Below the pieces are notes generated by a model. The model saw nothing but the letters and a program-made list of their open reading frames with translations. It searched no databases and was not told where the DNA came from. The position numbers and the translations under genes were made by a program. From assembly GCA_045567235.1 (NCBI GenBank), contig JBJLDI010000047.1, positions 307-64,306 of the forward strand: a stretch of 64,000 nucleotides of DNA. Reading direction: 5' to 3'. This document shows, in pieces, positions 62,553-64,000 of the stretch. The stretch comes from Candidatus Pelagibacter sp. (GTDB lineage Bacteria; Pseudomonadota; Alphaproteobacteria; Pelagibacterales; Pelagibacteraceae). Position 1 is the first letter of the stretch, and each line of letters begins with the position of its first letter.

Positions 62553-63649
62553 ATAATTTCTTGTTTAGTTATCTTTATACCATAACCATCTAAACCAATA
62601 ACTTTTTTCGGTGACTTAGTAATTAAAGTCATATTTTTAATCTTTAAATCCTTAATTATTTGTGCACCAATACCATAATTACGAATAAGTTTATCTTTTC
62701 CTTTTTTATAAAAATTTTTATTTTTATAGTCTTTTAAAGTTTGCGTAACTGATCTAAGATTTGTATCTTTAATAAAAACAAGTACACAATTATTAAATTT
62801 TTTAAAGTAATTAAGTGTTTTATTAAACGAATTAGGCAATTGTTGATTAATTAAATAATTTTGTACAACGTTGGAGGAAATTACTCTAACTCTAGGAGTA
62901 ATGCCTCTTTTAATAGTTCCTTTGATTAATGCAAAGTGTTCTGAACCATCAAGTAAATTTTCATAAATTCTAATTTTATACTTTTGATTTTTTACATCAA
63001 TATTGCTGTGTTTCTTTAATCTTATTAACTTTTCTTTCTTTAGTCTATAAGCAATAAGATCTTCAATTTTACCAATCTTAAGATTATGCTTTTTAGCAAA
63101 ATCAAAAAGTTGTTGACCTTTGGCCATTGTTCCATCTTCATTCATAATTTCACAAATTACAGCAGAATTGTTCTTTTTAGCTAATTTAGATATATCTACA
63201 GATGCTTCTGTATGACCAGCTCTTACTAACACACCACCATCTTTTGCTATTATAGGAAATACATGACCTGGTGAAACAATTTCATTTTTTTTAACATTTT
63301 TTTTTGATGCTGTCTTGATAGTTTTTGCTCTGTCTTTAGCAGAAATACCAGTTGTAATTCCTTTTTTTGCTTCAATAGAAACTGCAAAAGCTGTTTTGTT
63401 TCTTGATTGATTGTTTGCTGACATTAAAGATAGATTTAATCTTTTTGCTTGAGTGCTATCCATAGCTAAACATATTAATCCCCGACCATATTTAGCCATA
63501 AAATTTATAATTTTTGCGTTTGTATTTGATGTAGAAATAATTAAATCTCCTTCATTCTCCCTTTTTTCATCATCAACCAAAATAAACATACTGCCTTTTT
63601 TGGCAACATTGATAATACTTTCGATAGATGCAAAATTATTTTTTTTCAT
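62549..63649 (-). CDS. ribB: DHBP synthase fused to a degenerate GTP cyclohydrolase II-like domain
   Basis: VDDEKRENEGD, TTGISA, PGHVFP, GHTEA, ICEIMNEDG; C-domain keeps RNYGIGAQI but lacks the Zn cysteine cluster. Confidence 0.92.
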   Translation of the reverse strand: MKKNNFASIESIINVAKKGSMFILVDDEKRENEGDLIISTSNTNAKIINFMAKYGRGLICLAMDSTQAKRLNLSLMSANNQSRNKTAFAVSIEAKKGITTGISAKDRAKTIKTASKKNVKKNEIVSPGHVFPIIAKDGGVLVRAGHTEASVDISKLAKKNNSAVICEIMNEDGTMAKGQQLFDFAKKHNLKIGKIEDLIAYRLKKEKLIRLKKHSNIDVKNQKYKIRIYENLLDGSEHFALIKGTIKRGITPRVRVISSNVVQNYLINQQLPNSFNKTLNYFKKFNNCVLVFIKDTNLRSVTQTLKDYKNKNFYKKGKDKLIRNYGIGAQIIKDLKIKNMTLITKSPKKVIGLDGYGIKITKQEII

Positions 63650-64000
63650 TCAAATAATTTCTAACGTATTTAGATAAGATATCTATCTCTATATTTACTA
63701 AACTTTTTTTCTTAAGAGATGAAAGATTTGTTTCTATATAAGTATGCGGTATTACCCAAATTTGAAAACCATTTTTAGAAATTTTTGAAATAGTTAGTGA
63801 AATACCATTTACACAAATTGAAGCCTTTTCAATTAAATGTTTTTTTTCTTTTTTGGGTATTTGAAAATCAAAAAGATAGGATTTATCAATCTTTTTAATA
63901 ATAAAAACTTTACCTACACAATCAACGTGCCCCTGACATATGTGTCCAGAGATTTTGGTTCCATATTTGAGAGGTAATTCTAAATTTATTTTGTCTTTGA
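63636..64000 (-). CDS. ribE: Riboflavin synthase, 5' part outside window
   Basis: Hand translation: INLELPL..SGHICQGHVD, SICVNGISLT, IPHT..TNL, VNIEIDILSKY; TAA at 63636-63638. Confidence 0.92.
   Translation of the reverse strand, partial: KDKINLELPLKYGTKISGHICQGHVDCVGKVFIIKKIDKSYLFDFQIPKKEKKHLIEKASICVNGISLTISKISKNGFQIWVIPHTYIETNLSSLKKKSLVNIEIDILSKYVRNYLNEKK

Overview
Very AT-rich, gene-dense alphaproteobacterial core-genome segment with near-zero intergenic spacing. The SAM-V riboswitch, gene order and composition point to Pelagibacterales (SAR11); this is an inference. It holds about 74 protein genes, mostly housekeeping, four tRNAs (Lys-TTT, Ser-TGA, Pro-TGG, Glu-TTC), tandem SAM aptamers before metY and a small glycosyltransferase cluster. 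Five genes (scpA, uvrA, gyrA, tatD, bamE) carry frameshifts that are most likely assembly errors. The notable locus is 45.3-47.6 kb. There a Cre-like tyrosine recombinase has a perfect 14-7-14 inverted repeat 3 bp before its start codon, where gene orientation flips from mostly + to mostly -. This suggests a single-recombinase, lox-like chromosome dimer resolution system at the replication terminus. Beside it lie an uncalled two-helix membrane protein, paired DnaA-box-like sites and a GC-rich structured RNA of about 180 nt. All calls come from motif recognition; no searches were run.
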